Source of the DNA: Bdellovibrionales bacterium
GTDB taxonomy: Bacteria > Bdellovibrionota > Bdellovibrionia > Bdellovibrionales > UBA1609
Assembly: GCA_027317865.1 (NCBI GenBank)
Contig: DAHVQG010000008.1
Location: forward strand, 1-64,000
DNA length: 64,000 bases
Reading direction: 5' to 3'
This document shows positions 1 through 8,529 of this stretch, in pieces (the stretch's first letter is position 1; each line of letters opens with the position of its first letter). The translations under genes were made by a program, and so were the position numbers. Under the pieces are notes generated by a model. It was not told the DNA's origin. It did no database searches and saw only the letters and a list, made by a program, of their open reading frames with translations.

Positions 1-66
1 TACGTGCCTTTGAATACCGCTACAAACACCAATTCACCGGCACACACGGCGGGTTTAATTAATTGA
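1..66 (+). CDS. 3' end of an upstream ORF (partial)
   Basis: Open frame YVPLNTATNTNSPAHTAGLIN ending at TGA 64-66, just before the GAGGAG SD of the next gene. Confidence 0.35.
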   Translation, partial: YVPLNTATNTNSPAHTAGLIN

Positions 67-85
67 ACAGCAAGCGAGGAGTACA

Positions 86-961
86 ATGAAACGAATTTTA
101 ATTATAGCCGTAGCTTTGGTTGGAACGATAGGTATAACTGCTAAGGTCGCGTCCGCTCAAGCCGCACTTACGCCGCTAACAGCTAACCAATTGACGCCGA
201 TAACCGCCAACGTAGGCAATTTAATGCCAACCGCTAATATGGCCATAAATACAACGGGCGCTGAACACATGAGTTTAAGTAGCATATGCAAAAGCGCAGG
301 CGGGTACTGGGCGTGCGGAATGGATGCTATTACAGTAGCCGGGCTTGCTATGATGATTATGGACAAAAGCGGTTCACAAGGCACTCAAAGCGCCGCAAAT
401 AGTTGCCCACCAAATGACATTATGTGCGCGAGCGGCAATCCAAACGGTAACCCGACCGGCGGACCCGGCGGTGGCCCAGGCGGCGGCCCAGGTGGACTAA
501 ATTCCCCCACAGCGAATACACCCACCATACCTCAGCCGCCGGCAGGATATTCGTACAATCCCAACACAGGGATGGTCACTACTCCCAATGGAACCTACCC
601 CGCCTCAGATTACGCCAGCGGGCAATCAATGGCTAATGCGGGAATTATTCCGAAATCGCAAATTGCAGCGGTTAACAAAAAGCTCGCGGGTTTGCGAAAT
701 CAATTCAAAGCCATCTCGATGCCGATTGGCGGTGGCGGTGGCGGTGGTGCAGCTGGCGGCGGAACAGAAGTACAGTATTATAACCCCAATGCCGGATCAA
801 ACATGGGCCAACAATTTGCGCCTAAAATTCAAACTTCGGGGCTAACGCGCCAACTTGCAGACGGCGAACTCATCGGCGCCAAATCTGACAATATTTTTGC
901 CATGATCCATCGCTGTTATGTGCGACTCACTAAACAGGGTGAATTTAAAATAAAAAATTAG
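86..961 (+). CDS. Secreted Gly/Pro/Asn-rich hypothetical protein
   Basis: SD GAGGAG; signal peptide MKRILIIAVALVG...ASA; internal hydrophobic segment; GGGP repeats, poly-Gly, C-terminal DNIFAMIHRCY motif. Confidence 0.8.
   Translation: MKRILIIAVALVGTIGITAKVASAQAALTPLTANQLTPITANVGNLMPTANMAINTTGAEHMSLSSICKSAGGYWACGMDAITVAGLAMMIMDKSGSQGTQSAANSCPPNDIMCASGNPNGNPTGGPGGGPGGGPGGLNSPTANTPTIPQPPAGYSYNPNTGMVTTPNGTYPASDYASGQSMANAGIIPKSQIAAVNKKLAGLRNQFKAISMPIGGGGGGGAAGGGTEVQYYNPNAGSNMGQQFAPKIQTSGLTRQLADGELIGAKSDNIFAMIHRCYVRLTKQGEFKIKN
458..496 (+). repeat. Coding 12-bp tandem repeat (GGPG x3)
   Basis: ggcggacccggc ggtggcccaggc ggcggcccaggt encodes GGPGGGPGGGPG. Confidence 0.7.
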
Positions 962-1001
962 CTGCGCGCATTTATAAGAACCACCTTAGCGTAGCGGTTT
1001 A

Positions 1002-2084
1002 TTATACAATTACCTGTCGCTTAAGGCCGACAAGCTCATTAACATGAACTTTTGGAGCAATGACCGATGAGTCGATCACGCCTTGAGAAAACCGCGCGCC
1101 TGCGCCAATGACGGCGAAGTTTTTAACTTCGACTCCAGACGCGATTTTGCTATTTTCACCCATTAACAGATGCGCCCTAATGCTCAGGCTGCCTGAAAAT
1201 TGAGCGCCCGGCGCCATCCATTGTGTCTCGCCGACCCGATTGAGTTCATGCCCATAGCGCTTTTGAATAGCCAAAAGTTCGCTGGCGTGGGGGTGCGCAT
1301 TTACCGCAGCATTATTGTCTGTCGGCAATGCTGCAAGTTTCTCGAGTGCTTGATTTGTCGAATTGATGAACGCTTTTACATTGGTTGTATCAAGCCATAA
1401 AAGTTTCGGATCGTAAAAGGCCATAACATTTTCACCAGAACGAATCGCCGGGATGAGGCAATCGTTAAAAATATGAAATGCTCCGTCAGGCGGCATGAAA
1501 TCAAAAATCCGTGGTGAAAACACAAACACTCCCGCAAAGTGTTTGGCGCCGCTTGCCCCAGATTTTTCATTCGGCCGTTCGACTGATTTTTCGCCAAGCC
1601 GTGTGATTCGGTTATTGGCGTCGGCCCAAACGCCACCCATCGTGTACCCCGCTTCGGGGTGGTCCGTAACAAGAAGGGTCGCAAGTGCTTTTGATTTGCG
1701 ATGAAATTCAATCAGCGGCTCGAAGCTTTTACCGTGACTAAACAAAATCACCTCGTCGCCGTTTGCAACAACGAATTCGTCATTCGACAAATATTTTTCA
1801 GCAGCCCGTATGCCGCCGCCGCTACCCAAAATTTCAGGTTCGTGAGAAAACTGCATTCGCGCTGGTCGCTTGGCCGCATTTGCTATTTCGCGTGCGGCGA
1901 CCTCAATTGTTTTTGGCAAATGATGTGTATTAAGCACAATGTTTTTAGTTTGCTCTTTTTCAATGTGAAAAAGCGAATACCCAAGGAGCGGGATGTTTAA
2001 GAACGGAATGGCCGGTTTTGCAATCACTTCGGTAACAGGCAAAAACCGCGTGCCAAGACCAGCGCATAAAATCATCGCATTCAT
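1002..2084 (-). CDS. murU: Sugar-phosphate nucleotidyltransferase, MurU-like (with C-terminal left-handed beta-helix-like region)
   Basis: AMILCAGLGTRFLP...KP, EPEILGSGGG and NGD motifs; directly downstream of an amgK-like kinase. Confidence 0.7.
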   Translation of the reverse strand: MNAMILCAGLGTRFLPVTEVIAKPAIPFLNIPLLGYSLFHIEKEQTKNIVLNTHHLPKTIEVAAREIANAAKRPARMQFSHEPEILGSGGGIRAAEKYLSNDEFVVANGDEVILFSHGKSFEPLIEFHRKSKALATLLVTDHPEAGYTMGGVWADANNRITRLGEKSVERPNEKSGASGAKHFAGVFVFSPRIFDFMPPDGAFHIFNDCLIPAIRSGENVMAFYDPKLLWLDTTNVKAFINSTNQALEKLAALPTDNNAAVNAHPHASELLAIQKRYGHELNRVGETQWMAPGAQFSGSLSIRAHLLMGENSKIASGVEVKNFAVIGAGARFSQGVIDSSVIAPKVHVNELVGLKRQVIV

Positions 2085-2098
2085 AATGAGCCCCGCCT

Positions 2099-3175
2099 TC
2101 AGCTGATTTGCGTTGGATTTAAATAATTAAAATCAAGTAGCCCGCGATTTTGAATTAGCTCGAAAAACGACCGGTATTGCGTAAACGGCTCAAGCGTTTC
2201 AACCACTTTTTTTAGTGTCGGCTTTATGTATTTAAGGTAACGCGTGTCTTCGCGCATGTTATAGAAGCTGGCAAAACTCCCGCAGGCTTTAAAACAGCGC
2301 TGTATCATTTGCAGTTGAAATACCGAATCAAATTGGTTGCGGCCAATCGGTTTTAGCCCCAGCGTTGACACGCGAATTTCATCGGCACGTTTAATATAGT
2401 AATCAAGAATTTGCCCACGCATTGTTTCATTCATATCCACGTACGAGTCGTGCACAAGTGAAACCAAGTCATATTGTATCGGGCCCATGCGCGCATCTTG
2501 AAAATCAATGACCCGAACTTGCCCGAATTTAATCATGAGATTGCGCGAGTGATAGTCGCGATGGCAAATCCGCTTCTCTTGTTGATCAAGGCGCGTGCAT
2601 ATATCAAGAAAAATCCGGTCCAGTTCCGCGCGCTCAGTTCGAGAAAGGCTGACCCCGGCCAGTTTTTCAATGAGATGCTCGCGCCCGTAGTTCATCTCCC
2701 ACAGAAGCTTGTCAGTATCGAACGCGATTTCGAAGGCGACACAACCGCCCTGCCGGTCATTTGATGCGGAATAATGAATTTTTATAAGTTCGTCGATCGC
2801 CTGCTCATAATAGGGCACGGCCATCGATTGATTTTGATTCTCCCAAAATTTACGCTCGAGCGTCAGATCGCCCAAATCTTCAAGTAAAACTAACCCCAGC
2901 TCGGGCGCTTTAGCGATCACATCAGGAACGCGAACGGCGTGTTTTGCAAAATGGCTTCGCACATTTAAAAACGGATACCGACCGTCGTCTTGAAATGGAT
3001 CCCACATCATAAGAACGTAGGAGTGGTCCCCAACAACAACGCGATAATATCGCCGGTGGCTGGCATCGCCGGCGAGTTGCAAAATCGACAGACTCGACGT
3101 CCCGAGCTCGCGCGCGAGAAATTCCGTAGACGCATCGTCAAGCGGTTTTTTTTCAGTGTGAGCGTGCGACATCAC
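2099..3175 (-). CDS. amgK: Anomeric MurNAc/GlcNAc kinase AmgK-like (APH phosphotransferase family)
   Basis: LAGDASHRRYYR, LLEDLGD, HRDYHSRNLM and IDFQDARMGP motifs; paired with a nucleotidyltransferase. Confidence 0.8.
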   Translation of the reverse strand: MMSHAHTEKKPLDDASTEFLARELGTSSLSILQLAGDASHRRYYRVVVGDHSYVLMMWDPFQDDGRYPFLNVRSHFAKHAVRVPDVIAKAPELGLVLLEDLGDLTLERKFWENQNQSMAVPYYEQAIDELIKIHYSASNDRQGGCVAFEIAFDTDKLLWEMNYGREHLIEKLAGVSLSRTERAELDRIFLDICTRLDQQEKRICHRDYHSRNLMIKFGQVRVIDFQDARMGPIQYDLVSLVHDSYVDMNETMRGQILDYYIKRADEIRVSTLGLKPIGRNQFDSVFQLQMIQRCFKACGSFASFYNMREDTRYLKYIKPTLKKVVETLEPFTQYRSFFELIQNRGLLDFNYLNPTQIS

Positions 3176-3176
3176 T

Positions 3177-3803
3177 CTATGGTGACAGAATCTCTTTCAT
3201 TGCGCTAGTGCCGCCGTAGTCGCCGGCGGTCGACGTCGCAACGATAAAATACGGCCAATCGGTTTCTTGCTTGAGCGCCTCCCAAACGAGTTGCAGCCGC
3301 ATTTTCTGGTCTAACGTCAGAGCCGAGAATTCCGGGATGTAAATTGTCATTTCCCCCAATTCTTTTACTGCGCTTGGTTTGAGCCAGACTTCAGCTGATA
3401 CATCAGCATAACTAACGAACGCAAACCGCCCCGAATCGTGATGAAAATCAATCGCTCTTCGCCAATTTTTTTCTTGGTCGCCCGACAAAAATTGAATGTG
3501 CTCCGTAGGCGGGGTCGCCTCTTTTCGCTCAAGCGGGAACTTTTGCTCGCGATATTGCGACAGTCGCACGACTTGGCCATTTCGTTCCAACTCGTGTAAC
3601 TCGAGGAGTTTTTCAAAATGTGCGGCTTCATCGCGAAGATCATTTAATTTGCGCCGGCCCAAACGCACGTCATCTAAAATTTCGCGGATGAGATTTGTAA
3701 GTTCTTCGGCTTTCTTTTCGCTTATATTTGTTCGCCGCTCGTTTAACCGCGCGTACAAAACTTCTGACAAACGCTCCGCCTGTTCAGCGTACATCTCCAT
3801 CAA
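3177..3803 (-). CDS. Hypothetical protein: N-terminal coiled coil plus degenerate sigma54-interaction AAA+-like domain
   Basis: SD GGAGG; segments align by eye with the neighbouring activator (RRAIDFHHDSGRFAFV, EMTIYIPEFSALTLDQKMRL, YFIVATS) but Walker A/B and GAFTGA are lost. Confidence 0.65.
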   Translation of the reverse strand: MMEMYAEQAERLSEVLYARLNERRTNISEKKAEELTNLIREILDDVRLGRRKLNDLRDEAAHFEKLLELHELERNGQVVRLSQYREQKFPLERKEATPPTEHIQFLSGDQEKNWRRAIDFHHDSGRFAFVSYADVSAEVWLKPSAVKELGEMTIYIPEFSALTLDQKMRLQLVWEALKQETDWPYFIVATSTAGDYGGTSAMKEILSP

Positions 3804-3828
3804 CCCTCCGATTATATTGGCACACTAA

Positions 3829-3844
3829 TACAAATCACGTGCCA
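3829..3844 (-). promoter_or_regulatory. Putative sigma54 -24/-12 promoter
   Basis: Minus strand TGGCACGTGATTTGTA versus consensus TGGCACG-N4-TTGC(A/T); one mismatch at -12; about 25 nt upstream of the 3803 start. Confidence 0.55.
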
Positions 3845-3862
3845 CAGTGGGCCGCCCTCGAA

Positions 3863-3879
3863 TGTCTAATTTTTTGACA
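3863..3879. promoter_or_regulatory. Inverted repeat TGTC-N9-GACA, candidate activator binding site
   Basis: TGTCTAATTTTTTGACA just upstream of the sigma54-type promoter. Confidence 0.4.
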
Positions 3880-4057
3880 AAATATTTGAAATTAATTGGG
3901 CTAGATGTGTTTAAAATGACAACCAATTTCGGCCTTCACGGCCAAGTTGCGTAAAAGCGCCACGTCCAGACACAGAAGTCTTACACGCCTAAATGTCTCT
4001 CTAAATTGTAAACACTGATGTAAGTTTACCAGCTTTTGAAGCTACTGCACGATTTGT

Positions 4058-5608
4058 CTATTTGGCCATTTTGCGCTTGTCTAAGCCGTACTTTTCAACC
4101 TTCATGATAAGCCCGGCGCGGCTGATGCCGAGTTCTTTGGCCAATTTTGATTTATTCCAACCCGTGCGGCGAAGACCGTCGCGAATAAGATCCCGCTCGA
4201 CGTCTTCAAGCGCGTCTTTGAGTTTGCCATGAAGACGCGAGCCTTGAATTTTATTTTTGTCGGTGCTTTCAGTAATTTTAGGCGACAACATTTCTGCGGT
4301 AATTTTTGACTCGTCCCCGGCAAGGACAATTACGCGCTCGAGTTCATTTTGCAATTCACGCACATTGCCGGGCCATGCGTAATCATATAATTTTTCGAGA
4401 GCCCGTTTAGTGAGGATTTTTTTGCCATGGGTTTCTTCGGACCGGCTAAGAAAAAAGTCGACTAATAGCGGAATGTCTTCTTTGCGGTCTCGAAGCGGCG
4501 GCACGTGAATGTTGATGACGTTGAGCCGATAGTACAAGTCTTCGCGGAACAAATTTTGCTCCACCATTTCTTTGAGATTGCGGTTTGTGGCGGCAATTAC
4601 GCGCACATTTACGCGTCTTGGCTCGACTGAGCCGACCGGCATAAACGTCCCTTCTTGTAGAACACGCAACAGTTTTACCTGCATTGTCGGTGAAGTATCG
4701 CCAATTTCATCTAGAAAGAATGTTCCCTTATCTGCCATTTCAAAAAGACCGCGCTTATCGCGAATCGCACCAGTAAATGAACCCTTTACGTGCCCGAAAA
4801 GTTCGGACTCGAGAAGGTTGTCGTTAAACGCTGAGCAGTTCTGAATGATAAATGCTTTATCTTTTCGGAGCGAATTGTAATGAATGGCGCGGGCGATAAG
4901 CTCTTTACCTGTCCCGTTTTCGCCCTGAATGAGCACGGTCGACTCGGCTTGTTTGATTTTGTCGAGCAGGTTGTAAAGGGTTTGCATCGGCTTTGATTTG
5001 CCGATCATATTGTCATATTTATAGCGGCTTCCGAGCTCCTTGTTTAATTCACGAATACGGTTTTCGCGCGTTGTGATTTCAAGGTGAAGGGTGACAATTT
5101 CTTGAGCCACTAATTCAACCAGCTCAACAAAATGCTCACGATCTTGATCTTCAACGTGTTTAACCTTGCCAATTGCAGTTTGAATAATATCGCTGCTCGC
5201 CCCGAATGTCGCCAGCCGCTCGCGCATTTCAGAAATACGCGGAGCCACTTCCGGGTCTTTAAAAAATCCCATGGCCACAACAGTACCCATGCATTCGTTT
5301 TCAATGTAAATCGGCATAACGGCGACGTCGAATCCCGCCACATCCCATTTTTTAATTACAAACCGGTTGTTTGTTTGTCTGAGGCCCTCAAGACATTTGT
5401 GAATCAGTTCGGCTAAATTTTCTACAGTCGACTCTTTACCAAGTAAAAGTTTGACAGCCGGGTTTGCATAGCTTGCCGATTTCAGATCGGGACCGCGTGC
5501 CATACCACGTTCATCGGTGAAAATAATGTCGATGTTCCACCACGACGCCAAAATCTGTTTCAATTTTTTTATCACGTGTATGTGTTCAAACTCATCCCAA
5601 TTGATCAT
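4058..5608 (-). CDS. Sigma54-dependent Fis-family enhancer-binding protein with N-terminal PocR-like sensor
   Basis: Walker A GENGTGKE, ESELFGHVKGSFTGA, FFLDEIG, FREDLYYRLNV, WPGNVRELQN, C-terminal HTH; N-terminal AGFDVAVMPI...MGTVV is PocR-like. Confidence 0.9.
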   Translation of the reverse strand: MINWDEFEHIHVIKKLKQILASWWNIDIIFTDERGMARGPDLKSASYANPAVKLLLGKESTVENLAELIHKCLEGLRQTNNRFVIKKWDVAGFDVAVMPIYIENECMGTVVAMGFFKDPEVAPRISEMRERLATFGASSDIIQTAIGKVKHVEDQDREHFVELVELVAQEIVTLHLEITTRENRIRELNKELGSRYKYDNMIGKSKPMQTLYNLLDKIKQAESTVLIQGENGTGKELIARAIHYNSLRKDKAFIIQNCSAFNDNLLESELFGHVKGSFTGAIRDKRGLFEMADKGTFFLDEIGDTSPTMQVKLLRVLQEGTFMPVGSVEPRRVNVRVIAATNRNLKEMVEQNLFREDLYYRLNVINIHVPPLRDRKEDIPLLVDFFLSRSEETHGKKILTKRALEKLYDYAWPGNVRELQNELERVIVLAGDESKITAEMLSPKITESTDKNKIQGSRLHGKLKDALEDVERDLIRDGLRRTGWNKSKLAKELGISRAGLIMKVEKYGLDKRKMAK

Positions 5609-5664
5609 TTGCGTACCCCCGTAAGGTCGACCAATTTTTCGACAGCGTCGCTACCTTGCTAAAC

Positions 5665-5691
5665 TTATCGTCAAATCTTTGGACAACTTTA
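5665..5691 (-). promoter_or_regulatory. Putative sigma28 (FliA) promoter
   Basis: Minus strand TAAA-N15-GACGATAA (consensus TAAA-N15-GCCGATAA); the -35 overlaps the uvrA stop codon. Confidence 0.6.
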
Positions 5692-8529
5692 AGGGGATAG
5701 ATATGCTTTCAAATACTGACCGGTCAGGCTTGACGGGACTTTGGTCAGGTGTTCGGGGGTGCCTTCGGCAATAATTTCACCACCTTGCTCGCCGGCATCT
5801 GGACCTAAATCCAGAATATAATCCGAAGCCGCAATGACATCGAGATTGTGTTCAATTAAAAGGACACTCCCCCCCGAATCGACCAGCCGGTTAAGGACGT
5901 GAATCAGAAGCTGGATTTCGCGAAAATGCAGCCCCGTAGTCGGTTCGTCGAGAATATAAAGCGTCGAATCGTGGCGACTTTGTGAAAATTCGCGCGCGAT
6001 TTTAAGTCTCTGGCTTTCGCCGCCACTTAATGAACGCGCACTCTGCCCCAGGCTAATGTATTCAAGTCCGACTTCTTTAAGCAGCGCAAGCGGTCGGCGA
6101 ATGTTCGGATAATTGACAAAAAAATCCATCGCTTCGGCAACTGTCATATTCAAAATGTCGTGAATGTTTTTATTTCGATAGGTGATCTCGAGAATTTCGG
6201 GGCGAAATTTTTTGCCGTCGCACGCGTCGCACGGGATTTCAATGTCATCCATAAACATCATGTCGATTATTTCGATGCCAAGGCCCTTGCACACGGGGCA
6301 ACGCCCGCCATCGACGTTTAAACTAAAAGTGCTTGCCGAATAACCGGCCGCCTTTGCTTCAGGAGTAGCCGCCATGACCGCACGAATTGCATCGTAGACT
6401 TTCATATACGTCACCGGATTACTTCGCGCTGTGGTACCGATCGGAGTTTGGTCGATAAACAGGACGTTTTTTAAGTGTTCGGCTCCCGTAATATTTCTAT
6501 GCGAAAGAGCCGGTAAAAATTCAACCTTAAGTGCTCGCGCTAACGCCGGGTAAAGTGTATCCGAAACAAGGCTCGATTTGCCGGAGCCACTGACGCCCGT
6601 AACCGTGACGATTCGATGTAGTGGAATTCTTGCGGTGACGTTTTTTAAATTGTTCCCCGTGCACCCATCGAGCTTTATGACGTATTTATATTTGTCGATG
6701 TCCACTGGCCGTACGGTTCGCTGGGGCGTCCACTTTCGGTGTGGCCGCATAAACGGCGCCGTCGACGATTCCGTAGATTGGTAAAAATCCGCGCGCGTAC
6801 CTGAAAAAACAACTTTGCCACCCAAATGGCCGCTCCCCGGGCCCATTTCTAAAATGTGGCTTGCGTTGTTGATCACGTCATGGTCATGCTCCACGACCAC
6901 CAGCGTGTTATCAAGTTCGTTGAGTTTATGTAAAACGCCTATGAGCCGGTCATTGTCGCGCGGGTGAAGCCCAATTGTCGGTTCGTCTAAAACGTAAAGA
7001 GTCTGCGACAATCCAACGCCGAGTTGATTAGATAAATTCATGCGCTGAAACTCTCCGCCAGATAGCGTTTTTGTCGCGCGGTTAAGTGTCAAATATCCAA
7101 TGCCGACATCGCAAAGATATTGTAGCCGCGAAACAATTTGCCTGTACGGTTCGGCGCAAATTTCACGTTCCGATTGCGAAAGCTCGATTGACTTCATGCG
7201 TTCAAAAAGTTCTTCCGCAGTCATCGCGCATAGATCGGCAATGGTTTTACCCTGAATTAAAACTTGAAGCGCCTCAGGTTTGAGTCTTGCGCCATGACAA
7301 TCGGGGCACGTAAACGGACTTTTGTGGCGGGCCAAAAAAACGCGCACGTGCATTTTATACTTTTTTGTCTCGAGATAATCGAATAGGCCCAAAACGCCGA
7401 AAAACTGGCTGTTGCCCTTCCAAATTTGCTCGCGTTGTTTAAGCGGCAAACTCTCCCAAGGAGCATGAAGATCAATGCCTGCCTTTTTGCAATAGTTAAA
7501 CAGTACGCGCCGGTCTTTTGCACCGCTTGGCATAGCAAAGGGTTTAATTGCGCCCTCGGCAATAGTTAGCGTCGGATTTGGAATTACCTTACCTTCGTCA
7601 ATGGCCAGAATATTCCCAAAACCCTTGCATGTCGGGCAGGCCCCAACAGGAGAATTAAAACTAAAAAGACTGGCATGAATATCCGGAAAGCGAAATCCAC
7701 AAACGCTGCATGACACTTCTTCGCTCAAGAGCAGCCGCTTACCCTCGGTTGTCAAAGCTTCGCATTTTGCAAAATTAAAATGTGAATTATATTTGAGCGA
7801 CATGTGGTAAGCTTGCGTGACTGAATCGACAATGCGCCCGCGCTCACTTTCATCAAACGAAAGCCGGTCGACCACAATATAAAAATCATCTTTGGGGAGT
7901 TTTGATTTGGCATTAATCTCAACAATTTCGCCCAACGCAACCTGGGCCGTGGCGCCGACCGCTTTAAGTTTTCGCTTAGAACGCGCCGGTAAATAAATTC
8001 GAAGGATGCCGTCTTGTAAAAGCTCAGCAACGAGGCGCTTATCTTTGAGGCTGCGATGCTCTTTTGAAATCTGCGCCAGAATATAGCCACGAGCCGCAGA
8101 AAACTCCTTTAAAATTTTGGTGGCCGCGCGCGTGGGCGGCTCCTTTTCAACAACGATATGGTGGTCGGGGCAATAGGCTCTACCAATTTTCTCGTAAAGA
8201 AGCCGCAAGAAATCAACAATTTCAGTTGATGTGCCAACATTTGACCGTGACGATTTGACGCTATTTTTTTGCTCAAGCGAAATCGCCGGCGGGATGTTCT
8301 CAACCCCTTCGAGGTCGGGCTTTGGCGCCTTGTTTAAAAATTGTTTTGTGTAGTTCGATAAGCTTTCAATATACCGACGCTGACCTTCAGCATATAACGT
8401 TTCAAAAGCAAGCGAGCTCTTGCCGGAGCCGCTCGGCCCACAAATCACTGTAAAAGAGCCCAGCGGAATTTTGACATCGATGTTCTTTAAATTATTCTGT
8501 TTGACCCCCCAAAGGTGGATCTCGGTCAT
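5689..8529 (-). CDS. uvrA: Excinuclease ABC subunit A
   Basis: Two ABC ATPase modules (GPSGSGKSSLAF, GVSGSGKSSLV, LSGGE twice, LDEPT twice), zinc fingers, FSFNSPVGAC. Confidence 0.95.
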   Translation of the reverse strand: MTEIHLWGVKQNNLKNIDVKIPLGSFTVICGPSGSGKSSLAFETLYAEGQRRYIESLSNYTKQFLNKAPKPDLEGVENIPPAISLEQKNSVKSSRSNVGTSTEIVDFLRLLYEKIGRAYCPDHHIVVEKEPPTRAATKILKEFSAARGYILAQISKEHRSLKDKRLVAELLQDGILRIYLPARSKRKLKAVGATAQVALGEIVEINAKSKLPKDDFYIVVDRLSFDESERGRIVDSVTQAYHMSLKYNSHFNFAKCEALTTEGKRLLLSEEVSCSVCGFRFPDIHASLFSFNSPVGACPTCKGFGNILAIDEGKVIPNPTLTIAEGAIKPFAMPSGAKDRRVLFNYCKKAGIDLHAPWESLPLKQREQIWKGNSQFFGVLGLFDYLETKKYKMHVRVFLARHKSPFTCPDCHGARLKPEALQVLIQGKTIADLCAMTAEELFERMKSIELSQSEREICAEPYRQIVSRLQYLCDVGIGYLTLNRATKTLSGGEFQRMNLSNQLGVGLSQTLYVLDEPTIGLHPRDNDRLIGVLHKLNELDNTLVVVEHDHDVINNASHILEMGPGSGHLGGKVVFSGTRADFYQSTESSTAPFMRPHRKWTPQRTVRPVDIDKYKYVIKLDGCTGNNLKNVTARIPLHRIVTVTGVSGSGKSSLVSDTLYPALARALKVEFLPALSHRNITGAEHLKNVLFIDQTPIGTTARSNPVTYMKVYDAIRAVMAATPEAKAAGYSASTFSLNVDGGRCPVCKGLGIEIIDMMFMDDIEIPCDACDGKKFRPEILEITYRNKNIHDILNMTVAEAMDFFVNYPNIRRPLALLKEVGLEYISLGQSARSLSGGESQRLKIAREFSQSRHDSTLYILDEPTTGLHFREIQLLIHVLNRLVDSGGSVLLIEHNLDVIAASDYILDLGPDAGEQGGEIIAEGTPEHLTKVPSSLTGQYLKAYLSP

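Noticed and set aside
458-762. GC-rich repeats as a non-coding repeat element
   Set aside because: Fully explained by GGGP and poly-Gly codons within the ORF
2099-3175. Aminoglycoside resistance phosphotransferase
   Set aside because: LAGDAS..RY.R and DFQDA motifs plus the adjacent nucleotidyltransferase fit AmgK better
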